64,000 bases of DNA from contig CAXXWQ010000003.1 of the NCBI GenBank assembly GCA_963674945.2, positions 2,432,001-2,496,000 on the forward strand, written 5' to 3'. A program made the position numbers and the translations under genes. Below the pieces are notes generated by a model that worked only from the letters and a program-made list of their open reading frames with translations, was not told the origin of the DNA and searched no databases. The DNA is from an uncultured Desulfosarcina sp. (GTDB taxonomy: Bacteria; Desulfobacterota; Desulfobacteria; Desulfobacterales; Desulfosarcinaceae). This document shows, in pieces, positions 52,324-63,226 of the stretch (the first letter of the stretch is position 1; every line of letters starts with the position of its first letter).

Positions 52324-55300
52324 TCATGAAAGCATTTCTTTTATTATCTGCCCCAACTGCTGGATTGTATAGGGTTTTTTCAGGTATTTTCCCGCGCCCA
52401 GTCCCTGGGCTTCACTGACGGCCGCCGTTTCGGAAAAACCGCTGACGATGATTGCCTTCTGGTCCGGATGAATCTTGCTGACCTGTCTGTAGGTTTCCAA
52501 TCCGTTCATGTTTGGGTCCATGATCATGTCCAGCAGTAACAAATCCACACGATGATCCGTCAGGTAGGCCACTGCCTCTTCTCCGCTTGCTGCCGAGTGG
52601 GGCGTATATCCCAATCGTCGCAGCATATCGGCGGCAATTTCCCGCTGTATCGCCACGTCGTCGACAACGAGAACCGTCTCCCCGTTTCCCTGGATGTCCG
52701 AGATATCTGATTGGGGTGGATTTTCGATGATATCATGACGTGTCGCCGGCAGATAGATTTCGATGGTCGTGCCCTTATCCACGGCGCTCTGAATTTCGAT
52801 GTAACCGTTATGATCTTTCACCGTTCCCCAAACGACTGCCATTCCCAATCCGGTTCCACTTCTTCCCATTTTTTTCTTTGTATAAAAGGGCTCGAAAATC
52901 CGTTCCAGGTCTTCCTCTTCGATCCCGGAACCGGTATCGGTAATTCGAAGAACCGTGTAATCTCCCTCTTGCACCTCTTCATATCCTTTTATGGGGAGAT
53001 CCACGTATCGGTTCGTAGTGGCCAGACGGACCTCTCCGCCACCGGGCATTGCCTCAACCGCATTGGCCAGCAGATTCATGATCATCTTGGAGAGGTGGAC
53101 GGGAGAACCGTTGCAATTCAGCAGCGTTTTGCAAAGGGAAATTTCGATCCGAACATCCGGGTGGGTTTGCATCATCTGTTGGTATTCGGGAGACCGGAGG
53201 AACTGATCGATCGCATCATTCAAGTTGACCGGTTCCATCACCGCCACGCCGCGCCGGGCCAGCGTCAGCAGGTCCTGAACGATGGCGGTTGCCCGCAGCC
53301 CGGAGTCTCGAATGGTTTCCACCGGTCTTCGAAGAGGATGATCGGCCGGCATGTCCAGCAGCAAGAGGTCGGGATATCCGACTATGCCACCGAGTACATT
53401 GTTGAGGTCGTGTGCCACACCACCGGCCAGGGTGCCCAGGGCTTCCATCTTTTCGGCACGTCTGATGCGGGCCATTAAGCGCTGTTTTTCTTGTGCGGCC
53501 TCCTTTTGCTCGGTTATGTCGATGGCCATCTCGTAGCGAACCATTTGTCCATCGGGCCATTGAATGGCCTTGTCGATGCAGCGTGCCCACATGCCGTTTA
53601 TCGGATTGTGGTACTCCCAGATATGTGCCCGGCCCATCTTTTCGCCAAAAATAATGGAATTCGTGCAAAAAGAACAGGGTTCTTCCAGATTTTGAATTAC
53701 CTCGTAGCATTTTTTCCCCAAAGCGTCGGGCCAATATTTTTTAAAGGCCTCGTTGACATACAGTAGTTCGTAATTGTCCGGGGAACTGATATAGATGATT
53801 TCATCGATACTGTCGAAGACGGAGAGAAGTTGCTGCCGCTCGAAATCAAGCGCCTGTTCCGCACGCTTTCTCCTGGCAATGTCTTCTTGCAGTCGCCGGT
53901 TGGCCCGGGCCAACGCCTGTGTTCTCTCTTCGACGGTTTTTTCCAGTAAATTTCTATGCTCGGCGAGTTGTTCCTTGGCCTTTCTTGTAGATGCTTCTGC
54001 GGCATTGGCATGCCGGACCTGTGCCTCGAGGTCGTCATGGAGCGTCTTCAGGTCTTGCGACATGGATTGAAAACCGTTTGAGAGTTCATCCAGTTCAATT
54101 ACGGTGCTGCCTTCCATCCGGGTTTGATATGTACCAGTGGCAAGGCCTTGGATGGCACGGGCCAACCCGCCGATAGGCCTGGCGATTTTTTCGGACATCT
54201 TTCGGGTATTGTTCGCCAGGTACAGGAAAAAAAGGATATAAAAAAGAAACATGAACCCGACTGCGGCGTATCCCGCCTGACGGACACGGTGCTCCAATCG
54301 GGAAATGGGCCGCAAAATGTTTGTCCGGTCCGCAATGACCATCAGCTTCCAACCGGTTTTCAGCACCGTATTCTGGCAAAGGACGTATCGGTGCCCATCG
54401 AGAGAAAACGTGATGGAACCGCTATTTTGCCCCATCAATTCGGACAGGGAGATATGGACGGATGATAGAACCGATGCCAGCAGGTTGAATGACGTTGGTT
54501 TATGGGTATCCTGCTGAACCTTGTCCAGGTATTTGAATTCGTCGAGTTCATCGATACCAAAAATATGCTCCACACTGGGCGGCATGGCCATGATCGTTCC
54601 CTCTTCATCCACCAGAAACGCATGGGATTGCCATGGAAGATCAAGGGATAGAAGGTTGCCGATAAAATTCTTAACGGTGATGTCGATTCCGGCGACACCT
54701 TCGAGAAAATCGTTCCTGTATATGGGGACCAGGCATGACATCATCCATCCCATGCCCATGGGGTCGAGATACGCCGCCGTCCAGACCGGGCCCGCCTCCG
54801 GGTTATGTTCCTTGTCTGCCATGTAGTAAAAATTATATTCGGGGATATTCATGTCCGGTGGAAGCTGTTCATGAACATCTTCGAAAAAGGGATAATAGCG
54901 TGACATGGAATCGAAGGTGTTGAGATAGACGGCAACGATATTCCTATTCGTCTCGTATAGCCCCTTATAGAATGGATCCAGCGCCTCGCTCCGTTGCGCC
55001 TTCTCCTTTTCCTTCGGACCGATGCTGTTTCGATTGGAATAAAAGAGGCTGCACCCCCCGTCGTTGTCACGTTTGTAATAGACACCCTCGGGTGAAAATT
55101 CGAATCGGGGAATGGTATGGACGGTGGGGAACGTATCCGGTTGCTGAAAAAAACGAGTCGTCGTCGACTGCAGGACCTTGGAAAGGTCAGCCACAGAACG
55201 AAGCTGTTCATCGATGATTCTCGCCTGACTTTCGGTGATGCCCATCAGGTGGGACAGCCGGTCATGGCCAAGGGTTTCGATGGACCGATCCAATAGATAG

Positions 55301-55422
55301 GCATTCATCAGGAAATAAAGGGCCAGTAGGGTGACCTCGATAATCAGTAAGGGGAGAAGCGCGGCCTTGAAAAATTCCCGGGAAATGAATTTTCGTAACG
55401 GAATTTTCCTTTTCGAACTCAT
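52324..55422 (-). CDS. Hybrid sensor kinase (Cache-HAMP-PAS-HisKA-HATPase-REC)
   Basis: WTAAYLDP, AHDLNN, GTGLG, receiver LLDMIM. Confidence 0.93.
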   Translation of the reverse strand: MSSKRKIPLRKFISREFFKAALLPLLIIEVTLLALYFLMNAYLLDRSIETLGHDRLSHLMGITESQARIIDEQLRSVADLSKVLQSTTTRFFQQPDTFPTVHTIPRFEFSPEGVYYKRDNDGGCSLFYSNRNSIGPKEKEKAQRSEALDPFYKGLYETNRNIVAVYLNTFDSMSRYYPFFEDVHEQLPPDMNIPEYNFYYMADKEHNPEAGPVWTAAYLDPMGMGWMMSCLVPIYRNDFLEGVAGIDITVKNFIGNLLSLDLPWQSHAFLVDEEGTIMAMPPSVEHIFGIDELDEFKYLDKVQQDTHKPTSFNLLASVLSSVHISLSELMGQNSGSITFSLDGHRYVLCQNTVLKTGWKLMVIADRTNILRPISRLEHRVRQAGYAAVGFMFLFYILFFLYLANNTRKMSEKIARPIGGLARAIQGLATGTYQTRMEGSTVIELDELSNGFQSMSQDLKTLHDDLEAQVRHANAAEASTRKAKEQLAEHRNLLEKTVEERTQALARANRRLQEDIARRKRAEQALDFERQQLLSVFDSIDEIIYISSPDNYELLYVNEAFKKYWPDALGKKCYEVIQNLEEPCSFCTNSIIFGEKMGRAHIWEYHNPINGMWARCIDKAIQWPDGQMVRYEMAIDITEQKEAAQEKQRLMARIRRAEKMEALGTLAGGVAHDLNNVLGGIVGYPDLLLLDMPADHPLRRPVETIRDSGLRATAIVQDLLTLARRGVAVMEPVNLNDAIDQFLRSPEYQQMMQTHPDVRIEISLCKTLLNCNGSPVHLSKMIMNLLANAVEAMPGGGEVRLATTNRYVDLPIKGYEEVQEGDYTVLRITDTGSGIEEEDLERIFEPFYTKKKMGRSGTGLGMAVVWGTVKDHNGYIEIQSAVDKGTTIEIYLPATRHDIIENPPQSDISDIQGNGETVLVVDDVAIQREIAADMLRRLGYTPHSAASGEEAVAYLTDHRVDLLLLDMIMDPNMNGLETYRQVSKIHPDQKAIIVSGFSETAAVSEAQGLGAGKYLKKPYTIQQLGQIIKEMLS

Positions 55423-55741
55423 ACCATTCGTATGGACAGTGGCAACCTTCCCATTGGAAGCGGAGATTTCACGGCGATTTGGCATAAATTCGATTCGAGT
55501 CGTTTACAGGTGGTGATGGTGCGAGTTCACATAGGATATGATGTACCGTTCGACTTTATTTATCAAGTCTAACGTCTTTTGTAAACGAAGTTATATCCCT
55601 CGCAAAATTCAGGTGGTAATGAATCCTTGTTTACCCTTTCCGCTTCCTGTTGTAAATGTGTACATGTATCCATTACAAAGATGCACCAGTTCCAGCACGC
55701 AACGGCGTTCGATCCCCTTTCCCATCTGACAGGAGGTTGCC

Positions 55742-56551
55742 ATGGCACCGAAACACCCGGCTAACTACGACGCGCTTGACCGTCCGGAGGTCTTGCGGGT
55801 TCTGTTTCATCCACGAAAAGTATTCGGTATCCCGGTTCAACAAGATGGATGCGAAGACATTCGGATTCCCGTCGAGGACGATATTCATGTTGGGGCACGC
55901 TTTCATGTACCCCATACGGATGCGCCATTGATTCTCTTTTTTCATGGAAATGGTGAAATCGCGCACGACTATGATGATATTGGCCCCTTGTTCAATAAAA
56001 TGAATATCAATTTCATCGTAGCCGATTATCGCGGATACGGCATCTCCGATGGAAGCCCCTCTGTTTCGGCCATGATGACCGATTGCCACCGCATCCTGTC
56101 GTTTGTTGAAAAATGGAGGAAAGAGAGAGGTGGGACCGGCGCGCTCATCGTCATGGGACGATCCTTGGGAAGCGCACCGGCATTGACGTTGGCCGCCACC
56201 CATGAAGATCGGATTGACGGCCTGATCATTGAGAGTGGCTTTGCCTGGGCAAAACCCCTGCTGAAATTGTTGGGAGTGCCCACGAGAAGCATCGATTTTG
56301 AAGAGGAGAAAGGATTCTCAAACCTCGAAAAGATACGCAACGTTTCCAAACCGACACTCATCATACATGCGGAATATGACCATATCATTCCCTTTGACGA
56401 CGGCAAGGCGCTATTCGATGCCAGCAATGCCGAGAAAAAACGTATGCTGCCGATTTTCGGTGCCAACCACAACGATATCTTTGTTCGTGGTCTTGAAAGC
56501 TATATGGAAGCGATTGGGAACTTGGCCGATCTGTGCAGCGGTCTCACATAG
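55742..56551 (+). CDS. Alpha/beta hydrolase
   Basis: FHGNGE, DYRGYG, GRSLG, HND. Confidence 0.92.
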   Translation: MAPKHPANYDALDRPEVLRVLFHPRKVFGIPVQQDGCEDIRIPVEDDIHVGARFHVPHTDAPLILFFHGNGEIAHDYDDIGPLFNKMNINFIVADYRGYGISDGSPSVSAMMTDCHRILSFVEKWRKERGGTGALIVMGRSLGSAPALTLAATHEDRIDGLIIESGFAWAKPLLKLLGVPTRSIDFEEEKGFSNLEKIRNVSKPTLIIHAEYDHIIPFDDGKALFDASNAEKKRMLPIFGANHNDIFVRGLESYMEAIGNLADLCSGLT

Positions 56552-56620
56552 TTGGATCCGGTGTTTCGTTTCTGATTTGCTCAGGGCACCCACTCCCGTC
56601 TGACCTGGCATGAATGATCA

Positions 56621-56812
56621 TTACTCTGCGATTGTCTCTTTTACCTGAAGGCCTTCCAAACGAAGTTTTGCCGCTTCGCAAACGGTTGGTTCTTCATCTT
56701 TGTCGGCGATCTGTTGCAGCAATTTGATATCTTTAATTCTCTCCACCGCCCGCATGCGGACATTCGGATTGGAATTTTGCCAACGGGGAACGAAAATATC
56801 GGAAAATTTCAT
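56621..56812 (-). CDS. 63-aa HEAT-like helical protein
   Basis: AGGAGG RBS; PRWQNSNPNVRMRAV...D..PTVCEAA pattern. Confidence 0.7.
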   Translation of the reverse strand: MKFSDIFVPRWQNSNPNVRMRAVERIKDIKLLQQIADKDEEPTVCEAAKLRLEGLQVKETIAE

Positions 56813-57323
56813 TTTACCCCTCCTTTGTAAAAAACATGAAGTCGCATCATGGAAAAACTTGACGAATGTATGGATAGGGGACATCTTTCGGTCGCTCCCG
56901 GAACGCCTTGCGGTCTCCGGGAGCCGGACGGGCACATTTTCATGGTATTCTTCATGATCGAAAACCTATTTTGCCTGAAAGAAAAGCATGATCGTTACGG
57001 CATCAGGCGAAATTCAATGAAGAAATGCGTATTGGCAGAAAAGGAACCAACAAAAGTCTGGTGAGCACAGTTTGTGTTATTAATACATTACCTTAAAAAT
57101 ATTTTCAACCTCTGTCAAGGCATGTTTTCATTCGTCGTTTTCAATCTTTGACCAACAAGGAAGGGAGGAGGAAATTTTCCTCCTGTCGGCTCTCCCGGTA
57201 CAGTATTCGAGTGTGTGTTTGAAGATCATGTGGGTTTTTTCGTAGATTAAAGTTCTTGCGCCCAAACCCGAAAAGTGGTTAATAGTCGAATAATACCAAG
57301 GATTCTTATAGTATAGCCAAGCG

Positions 57324-58973
57324 ATGACGCCTCCCAACTCATCCTCGTCCATGGTCACTGAAGACCGCCTTCCTGCCCTGGCAAGAGCAAGCTGTATCAT
57401 CTTGCTCTTGGACAAAGAGGGGCGTGTGGTGTTCGTGAATCCCTTTGCAATCAAATACTTCGGATACAACGCGGTGGAGTTGGTCGGCCGACATGCCGTT
57501 GAAACGATTTTCGAAGCAACCCAGGGAGGTGAAACCGATCCGGCATCGATGATCGACGAATTGTTGCAACAGTCCGATGACGTTTCCCATCGCATCGTCG
57601 AAAATCGATTGAAAAATGGAAAGCGTGTGTGCGTACTGTGGTTCAGCCAGGTCTTTCGCAACAATTCCGATCTGATCGATCATATCTTTTGTATCGGCAA
57701 TGATATCACCTTTTTCAAATCCACCGAAAAACTCCGGTTTGTGGCAAAGGAACAATTGGCGGAAAAGATACAGGAACAGAACACCTCGTTGAAAAAGGCC
57801 AGGCATTTACTTCAAAAAGAAGTCGAGAAGAGGCAAAAAGCACAGCAGGCGTTAGAAGAGACCGATGATCGATACCGACTTTACAGACAGGCATGCACAG
57901 AAGGAATCCTGTTCCACCATAACGGAACCATTATCGAAGCCAACAACGCTTTTGCCCAACTGGTGGAATGTCCCCTTCATGAGCTTATGGGGACGAACAT
58001 CTTCGACCGGTTTTTCGTGGAAGACGACTTCGGACAAGCCCGAAAAAACTTGCTTTCCGAAACCAAGACAATGGGTGAAATCACCATGCGCACAACTTCC
58101 GGTCGAACCTTTCTCGCGGAATTTCAAACCCACCCGGGACGAATGGGCAAGCGTTCCTACGTCATGGTAACCATACAGGACATCACGCATCGAAAAAAAT
58201 CGGAACAAAAGTTGATTCAATCGCAAAAGATGGAGGCGATTGGCACATTGGCCGGAGGCATCACCCATGATTTCAATAATATGCTTGCCGGGATTTTGGG
58301 AAACGTAGATATTCTTCGCCATCAGCTTTCTCCCGACAGCCAGCATAACAAATACCTGACCATCATCGAAGGGATCATTGAACGCGGTTCGAAGCTTTGC
58401 AACCAGATTTTGGGGTATGCACGGGGAGGAAAATCGGAGAGTACGGAAATCTACCTCGATGCGCTGATAAAAGAGTCTCTCGAGATGCTCTCCCATGCAC
58501 ACCGCAAGATTCACATCGAGACCTGTTTCCAACCCGACACCCCTTCGGTAAAGGGAGATCGAACCCAGATCGAACAAGTCTTGCTGAACCTGATCATCAA
58601 CGCCGTGCATGCCATGCCTTCCGGTGGTCGACTTCATATCGAAACCCGGGCCACAGAACTAACCGACAAAGTGATACGGCCGTATGAAATCATCCCCGGT
58701 CATTACGCCGCGCTGTCGATACAAGACACCGGACACGGAATGGACAAAGAGACCCAAAAAATGATCTTCGAGCCCTTTTTCACCACAAAGCCCCAGGGCC
58801 AAGGCACCGGCCTCGGCCTTGCGTCCACCTATGGCATCATAAAAAATCATAAGGGGTATATCGAAGTCGAAAGCAGACCCGGTAAGGGAACTCGGTTCGA
58901 CGTGCTATTGCCGGCATGGGCTGACGAGATGCATGACACGGATGCCGGCGTATCTTCTGTGATGGGGCGTTAA
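57324..58973 (+). CDS. Cytoplasmic PAS-PAS histidine kinase
   Basis: THDFNN, NLIINA, GTGLGL; no receiver domain. Confidence 0.92.
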   Translation: MTPPNSSSSMVTEDRLPALARASCIILLLDKEGRVVFVNPFAIKYFGYNAVELVGRHAVETIFEATQGGETDPASMIDELLQQSDDVSHRIVENRLKNGKRVCVLWFSQVFRNNSDLIDHIFCIGNDITFFKSTEKLRFVAKEQLAEKIQEQNTSLKKARHLLQKEVEKRQKAQQALEETDDRYRLYRQACTEGILFHHNGTIIEANNAFAQLVECPLHELMGTNIFDRFFVEDDFGQARKNLLSETKTMGEITMRTTSGRTFLAEFQTHPGRMGKRSYVMVTIQDITHRKKSEQKLIQSQKMEAIGTLAGGITHDFNNMLAGILGNVDILRHQLSPDSQHNKYLTIIEGIIERGSKLCNQILGYARGGKSESTEIYLDALIKESLEMLSHAHRKIHIETCFQPDTPSVKGDRTQIEQVLLNLIINAVHAMPSGGRLHIETRATELTDKVIRPYEIIPGHYAALSIQDTGHGMDKETQKMIFEPFFTTKPQGQGTGLGLASTYGIIKNHKGYIEVESRPGKGTRFDVLLPAWADEMHDTDAGVSSVMGR

Positions 58974-59032
58974 TGTGGGTTGCGATGTGCTACGAACCAT
59001 GAAGATTCGGATCCTTTTATGGATGATGCGCC

Positions 59033-60010
59033 ATGAAGATCCATGATATTGGTGGTGAGTTTGCGCTGATCCGCCATCTGTCGGAAAAGGCTCCCACTTC
59101 CCATTCGGATTTGACGATGGGAATCGGAGACGATGCCGCCGTCATCGCCGGCTGTTTTCCCAATGGTGATTCTCTTCTGGTTACGACGGACATGTTGATG
59201 GAAGGCAGCCATTTTCGCTGCGACTGGTCCTCTGCTTTTCAGATCGGCATCAAGTCTGCAATCTGTAACCTCAGCGACATCGCCGCCATGGGGGGGTGGC
59301 CCACATTCATCTTCGTATCCATTTCCTTGCCCCCCGATACCGAAGTCTCCTGGGTTCAGGACCTTTACGATGGAATATTTGATGCCTCTCGTCGCTACGA
59401 CGTTGTTCTCGCGGGAGGAGATACGACACATGGAGATCGGATCACTATCAGTATCACGCTCTTGGGAAGGGTATCACCGGGCCAATTGTGTCTGCGGAGC
59501 CAAGCAAGACCGGGCGACCTATTATGCGTCACCGGTCATCTGGGTGGTGCGGCGGCGGGATTGGCCATGTTGATGAAAGGGATGGATGTCCCGGCATACC
59601 TTTTAAAAAAGCATCGAACACCCCAGTGTCGCTTGGATGTCTCTCCCACGATTGCCACGGTGGCCCATGCCATGATCGACATCAGCGACGGACTGGCCGC
59701 CGAGGTGCTGCATATCTGCGAGCAAAGCCGGACCGGCGCAGAAGTCATTGCCGCCGACATCCCCATCCATCCCCACGTCGAAGAGGCGGCAAGACATACC
59801 GGAAGAGACCCCATGGATTTTGCATTGACAGGAGGAGAGGATTTCGAGCTCCTTTTTTCCCTCCCGCCCGAAAAACTGCCATTCCTGAAAGAAAAAGGGA
59901 TTCAGGTCGTTGTCGTCGGGTGCATCACCGAAGCCGATGCAGGACGAGACCTCGTTCTTTCCGATGGAAACCGCAGGGCCCTTTCCGGTGGGTACAACCA
60001 TTTTCAATAA
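59033..60010 (+). CDS. thiL: Thiamine-monophosphate kinase
   Basis: GIGDDAA, NLSDIAAMGG, GGDT, DISDGL, GGEDFEL. Confidence 0.96.
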   Translation: MKIHDIGGEFALIRHLSEKAPTSHSDLTMGIGDDAAVIAGCFPNGDSLLVTTDMLMEGSHFRCDWSSAFQIGIKSAICNLSDIAAMGGWPTFIFVSISLPPDTEVSWVQDLYDGIFDASRRYDVVLAGGDTTHGDRITISITLLGRVSPGQLCLRSQARPGDLLCVTGHLGGAAAGLAMLMKGMDVPAYLLKKHRTPQCRLDVSPTIATVAHAMIDISDGLAAEVLHICEQSRTGAEVIAADIPIHPHVEEAARHTGRDPMDFALTGGEDFELLFSLPPEKLPFLKEKGIQVVVVGCITEADAGRDLVLSDGNRRALSGGYNHFQ

Positions 60011-60115
60011 AAAGCTTTCCCCACTTCAGACCAGCGACAAAATAATGGAAGAACGAGCTTCTTTCGTAATACTGGCTTGGCCATTTTTGGCCTGGAAAAC
60101 CTTTTTGCGAAGCCG

Positions 60116-62014
60116 TCAGGACTGGGCCCGGGCGTCCAGCTCCTCCCATCGGTCAAACGCATCTTCAAGCTCCCGTTCCACCTGTGCCAGTTCGTCCTTC
60201 ACCGTTGCGATGCGATCCTTGTCCTGCTTATAGAAATCCGGATCTGACATGAATGCAAAAAGTTCGTTTTGCCGGGTTTCCAGGCATTCGATTTTTTCGG
60301 GAAGCCCGGCAAGTTCCCGTTTTTCCATATACCCGAGCCGTTTTGGCCTGTCGTTTGCGGGTGCTTTTTTGGATCGTTTCGTGGTGCTTCGCTTGGTGAT
60401 CGCCTGCGGAGCGACTGTGCGCTGGGCAATCCAGTCATCGTATCCGCCGGCATATCCTTCAACCTGTCCCGGACCTTCGAAAACCAGTGTGCTGGTCACC
60501 ACATTGTTGATAAACGAACGATCGTGGCTGACCAGGATCACCGTGCCATGAAAGTCCAGCAGTCGTTCCTCGAGAAGTTCCAATGTTTCCACGTCCAAAT
60601 CGTTGGTGGGTTCGTCAAGGACCAGAACATTGGCCGGTCGGGTGAAAAGCCTGGCAAGAAGCAATCGATTCTTCTCTCCGCCGGAAAGGACCCAGGCAGG
60701 GTTCCTCGAGCGTTGGGGGGAAAAGAGAAAATCCTTGAGATATCCGATCACGTGACGTTGCCTTCCTCCGACATCGATCATATCACCGTTTACCGCAATG
60801 TTTTCCTGAACGGTCTTGGCTTCATCCAATTGGTCGCGCATTTGATCGAAATAGACGATCTTGAGGTTTGTTCCCCGCTTGATCTCTCCGTCCTGGGGCG
60901 ATAATTCCCCCAGCAAGAGTCGGATCAGTGTCGATTTGCCCGCTCCGTTGGGGCCGATGATACCGACTCTGTCTCCCCGCAGAATCGTGCAGGAAAAATC
61001 CTTTACGATGATTCGATCGTCGTATCCAAAGGTCAGTTTTTCTGCCTCAACAACCTTTTTACCGCTTCGATCGGCTTCATCCAATGCCATTTTGACCCGA
61101 CCGGTGCGATCCCTGCGATTTTTCCGTATCTCGCGCATCTTCTGCAACGCTCGCACCCGCCCTTCATTCCGGGTGCGACGGGCTTTGATTCCCTTCCGGA
61201 TCCACTCTTCCTCGGCCGATAGCTTTTTGTCGAAGCGCCGATGGTCCTTCTCTTCGGCATCCAGACGATTCTGGCTTCGAATCAGATAGGTGTCGTAATC
61301 ACATTGCCAGGAATGCAACTGACCCCGATCAATCTCGACGATCCGGGTGGCCAGACGGCGAATCATCGTTCGGTCGTGGGTAATCAGAATCAGGGTTTTG
61401 TTCCAGGAAAGCAAAAATGCTTCCAACCATTCGATGGCAGACAGATCGAGGTGGTTGGTGGGTTCATCCAACAGCAAGAGATCCGGTTCTCTTGCCAGGG
61501 CCATGGCCAGTAAAACGCGGCGCTTCATTCCGGCGGAAAATGTATCGACACAGGCATCTTTCGGCAAGTGCATCCGGGACAGAATACGTTCCACGCGTTG
61601 TTGATTCTGCCATCCATCCTCACTATCGATGGTCTGCTGAAGGGTCGTCAATGCTTTCGTCGTTTCGAAGCTTGATTTTCCATCGGAGGCGCTTTCTTCT
61701 GACCATCGACGGAACTCGGCAAGCCGCTGTCCTCCCGGTCCCAACGATCGGCAGACGGCATCGAATACCGTTCCGGAAAGATCGTCGGGAACTTCCTGGG
61801 GCAGGCCGCCGACCACGAGACCCTGGGGTCGAATGACCTCGCCTTCGTCGGGAAGCTTGGTGCCGCCAATGATGTTCATCAGCGTTGTCTTCCCTGCGCC
61901 GTTTCTTCCCAGCAGGCAAACCCGTTCTCCGGAAGCAACCGTCAGGCTGACTCGATCCAAAAGCGGTTGGCCACCAAAATGCAATCCGACGTCGCGAAGG
62001 GTGATCAAGGCCAT
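60116..62014 (-). CDS. uup: ABC-F ATPase Uup
   Basis: Two ABC domains, WIRKGIKARRTRNEGRVR linker, C-terminal coiled coil ending RWEEL. Confidence 0.92.
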   Translation of the reverse strand: MALITLRDVGLHFGGQPLLDRVSLTVASGERVCLLGRNGAGKTTLMNIIGGTKLPDEGEVIRPQGLVVGGLPQEVPDDLSGTVFDAVCRSLGPGGQRLAEFRRWSEESASDGKSSFETTKALTTLQQTIDSEDGWQNQQRVERILSRMHLPKDACVDTFSAGMKRRVLLAMALAREPDLLLLDEPTNHLDLSAIEWLEAFLLSWNKTLILITHDRTMIRRLATRIVEIDRGQLHSWQCDYDTYLIRSQNRLDAEEKDHRRFDKKLSAEEEWIRKGIKARRTRNEGRVRALQKMREIRKNRRDRTGRVKMALDEADRSGKKVVEAEKLTFGYDDRIIVKDFSCTILRGDRVGIIGPNGAGKSTLIRLLLGELSPQDGEIKRGTNLKIVYFDQMRDQLDEAKTVQENIAVNGDMIDVGGRQRHVIGYLKDFLFSPQRSRNPAWVLSGGEKNRLLLARLFTRPANVLVLDEPTNDLDVETLELLEERLLDFHGTVILVSHDRSFINNVVTSTLVFEGPGQVEGYAGGYDDWIAQRTVAPQAITKRSTTKRSKKAPANDRPKRLGYMEKRELAGLPEKIECLETRQNELFAFMSDPDFYKQDKDRIATVKDELAQVERELEDAFDRWEELDARAQS

Positions 62015-62026
62015 GGAATCATCGTT

Positions 62027-63166
62027 TCAATAGAGTTCATATTTCACCAGCCGGCCGTCCAGTCCACCGTTTCGCAGCGGCTTTTTCCAGGATGGTTTCA
62101 GTCCGATGTGCTTGATCATCTCGCGATTGCCGAAATAGACATATGCCTGCGATCCTTTGCATCGCCTTTTAAAAAAATCGCCCAGTTGCCGATACATATC
62201 CGTTATGTCCCCTTTGGCTTTCATGCGCACGCCATATGGCGGGTTACATAGAATGACCCGGTTTTCCAGATGATCGATATCCCTGAAATCCAACCTCAAA
62301 ATGTTGGTCCGTTTACCATCGGGGATCATCTTGCAGTTGTTCCTGGCGGCCGAAACAGCATCCGGATCGATGTCACTTCCGTATATGCAGCCGTCAGGTA
62401 ACTTTCGAATCCGGCTGTCCGCCTGCTCCTTGACGATTTTCCATGTCTTTTCCGAATAGTCGGGAAGACGCTGAAAACCGAAACGAGGTCGAAGATACCC
62501 TGCAGGGATCCGGCAATGGAACATGGCCGCTTCGATGATGAGGGTACCGGCACCACACATGGGATCGACCAGCGGCACGCTGCCGTTCCACTCGGAAAAG
62601 CGCACCATTGCGGCGGCCAGGGTTTCTTGCATTGGCGCCTTTACGCCGGAGACCCGATACCCCCGGCGATGCAGACTCCCGCCGGACGTATCGACGGCAA
62701 TGGTCCCCTTGCCTTTTCCAATGTGCAGATTCAACCACAGATCGGGCTCACGTGTGTCGACGTCCGGTCGCCTGCCGTATCGATCACGAAACTGGTCTGC
62801 CACGGCATCCTTTAGTTTCAATGCGGCATACTTCGAATGGGACACGGTACTCGAAGCAGTATTTGCAAAGACGGCGAAGGTTTGATCCGTGCGGATGAAG
62901 CGGTCCCAGGGTACCGTGCGTGCGAACCGGTAGATATCCTCCGCATCCATGCAGGCAAATGATGTTACAGGGGCAAGAATCCGGCTGCACAGCCGACTGC
63001 AATAGTTGATTCGGTAGAGCGTTGCCGGATCGGACTGGAAATAGATACCACGTCTACTGATCTTTATGTTGACAGCACCCAATTCGCCGAGTTCCTCTGC
63101 ACCGAGCGATTCCAGGCCCTCCAGAATCTGTGCGAAATAGGTTCCGTCTTTCTGATATGCGAACAA
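62027..63166 (-). CDS. rlmL: THUMP-domain rRNA methyltransferase (RlmL-like, stand-alone)
   Basis: SLHRRGYR, APMQETLAA, DPMCGAGT, NPPYG. Confidence 0.8.
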   Translation of the reverse strand: MFAYQKDGTYFAQILEGLESLGAEELGELGAVNIKISRRGIYFQSDPATLYRINYCSRLCSRILAPVTSFACMDAEDIYRFARTVPWDRFIRTDQTFAVFANTASSTVSHSKYAALKLKDAVADQFRDRYGRRPDVDTREPDLWLNLHIGKGKGTIAVDTSGGSLHRRGYRVSGVKAPMQETLAAAMVRFSEWNGSVPLVDPMCGAGTLIIEAAMFHCRIPAGYLRPRFGFQRLPDYSEKTWKIVKEQADSRIRKLPDGCIYGSDIDPDAVSAARNNCKMIPDGKRTNILRLDFRDIDHLENRVILCNPPYGVRMKAKGDITDMYRQLGDFFKRRCKGSQAYVYFGNREMIKHIGLKPSWKKPLRNGGLDGRLVKYELY

Positions 63167-63226
63167 ACTATCTGGTTTCCGGACCGATGGGGTCGGTCAT
63201 CTGAGTTGAAACGGTGTTAATAGAAG

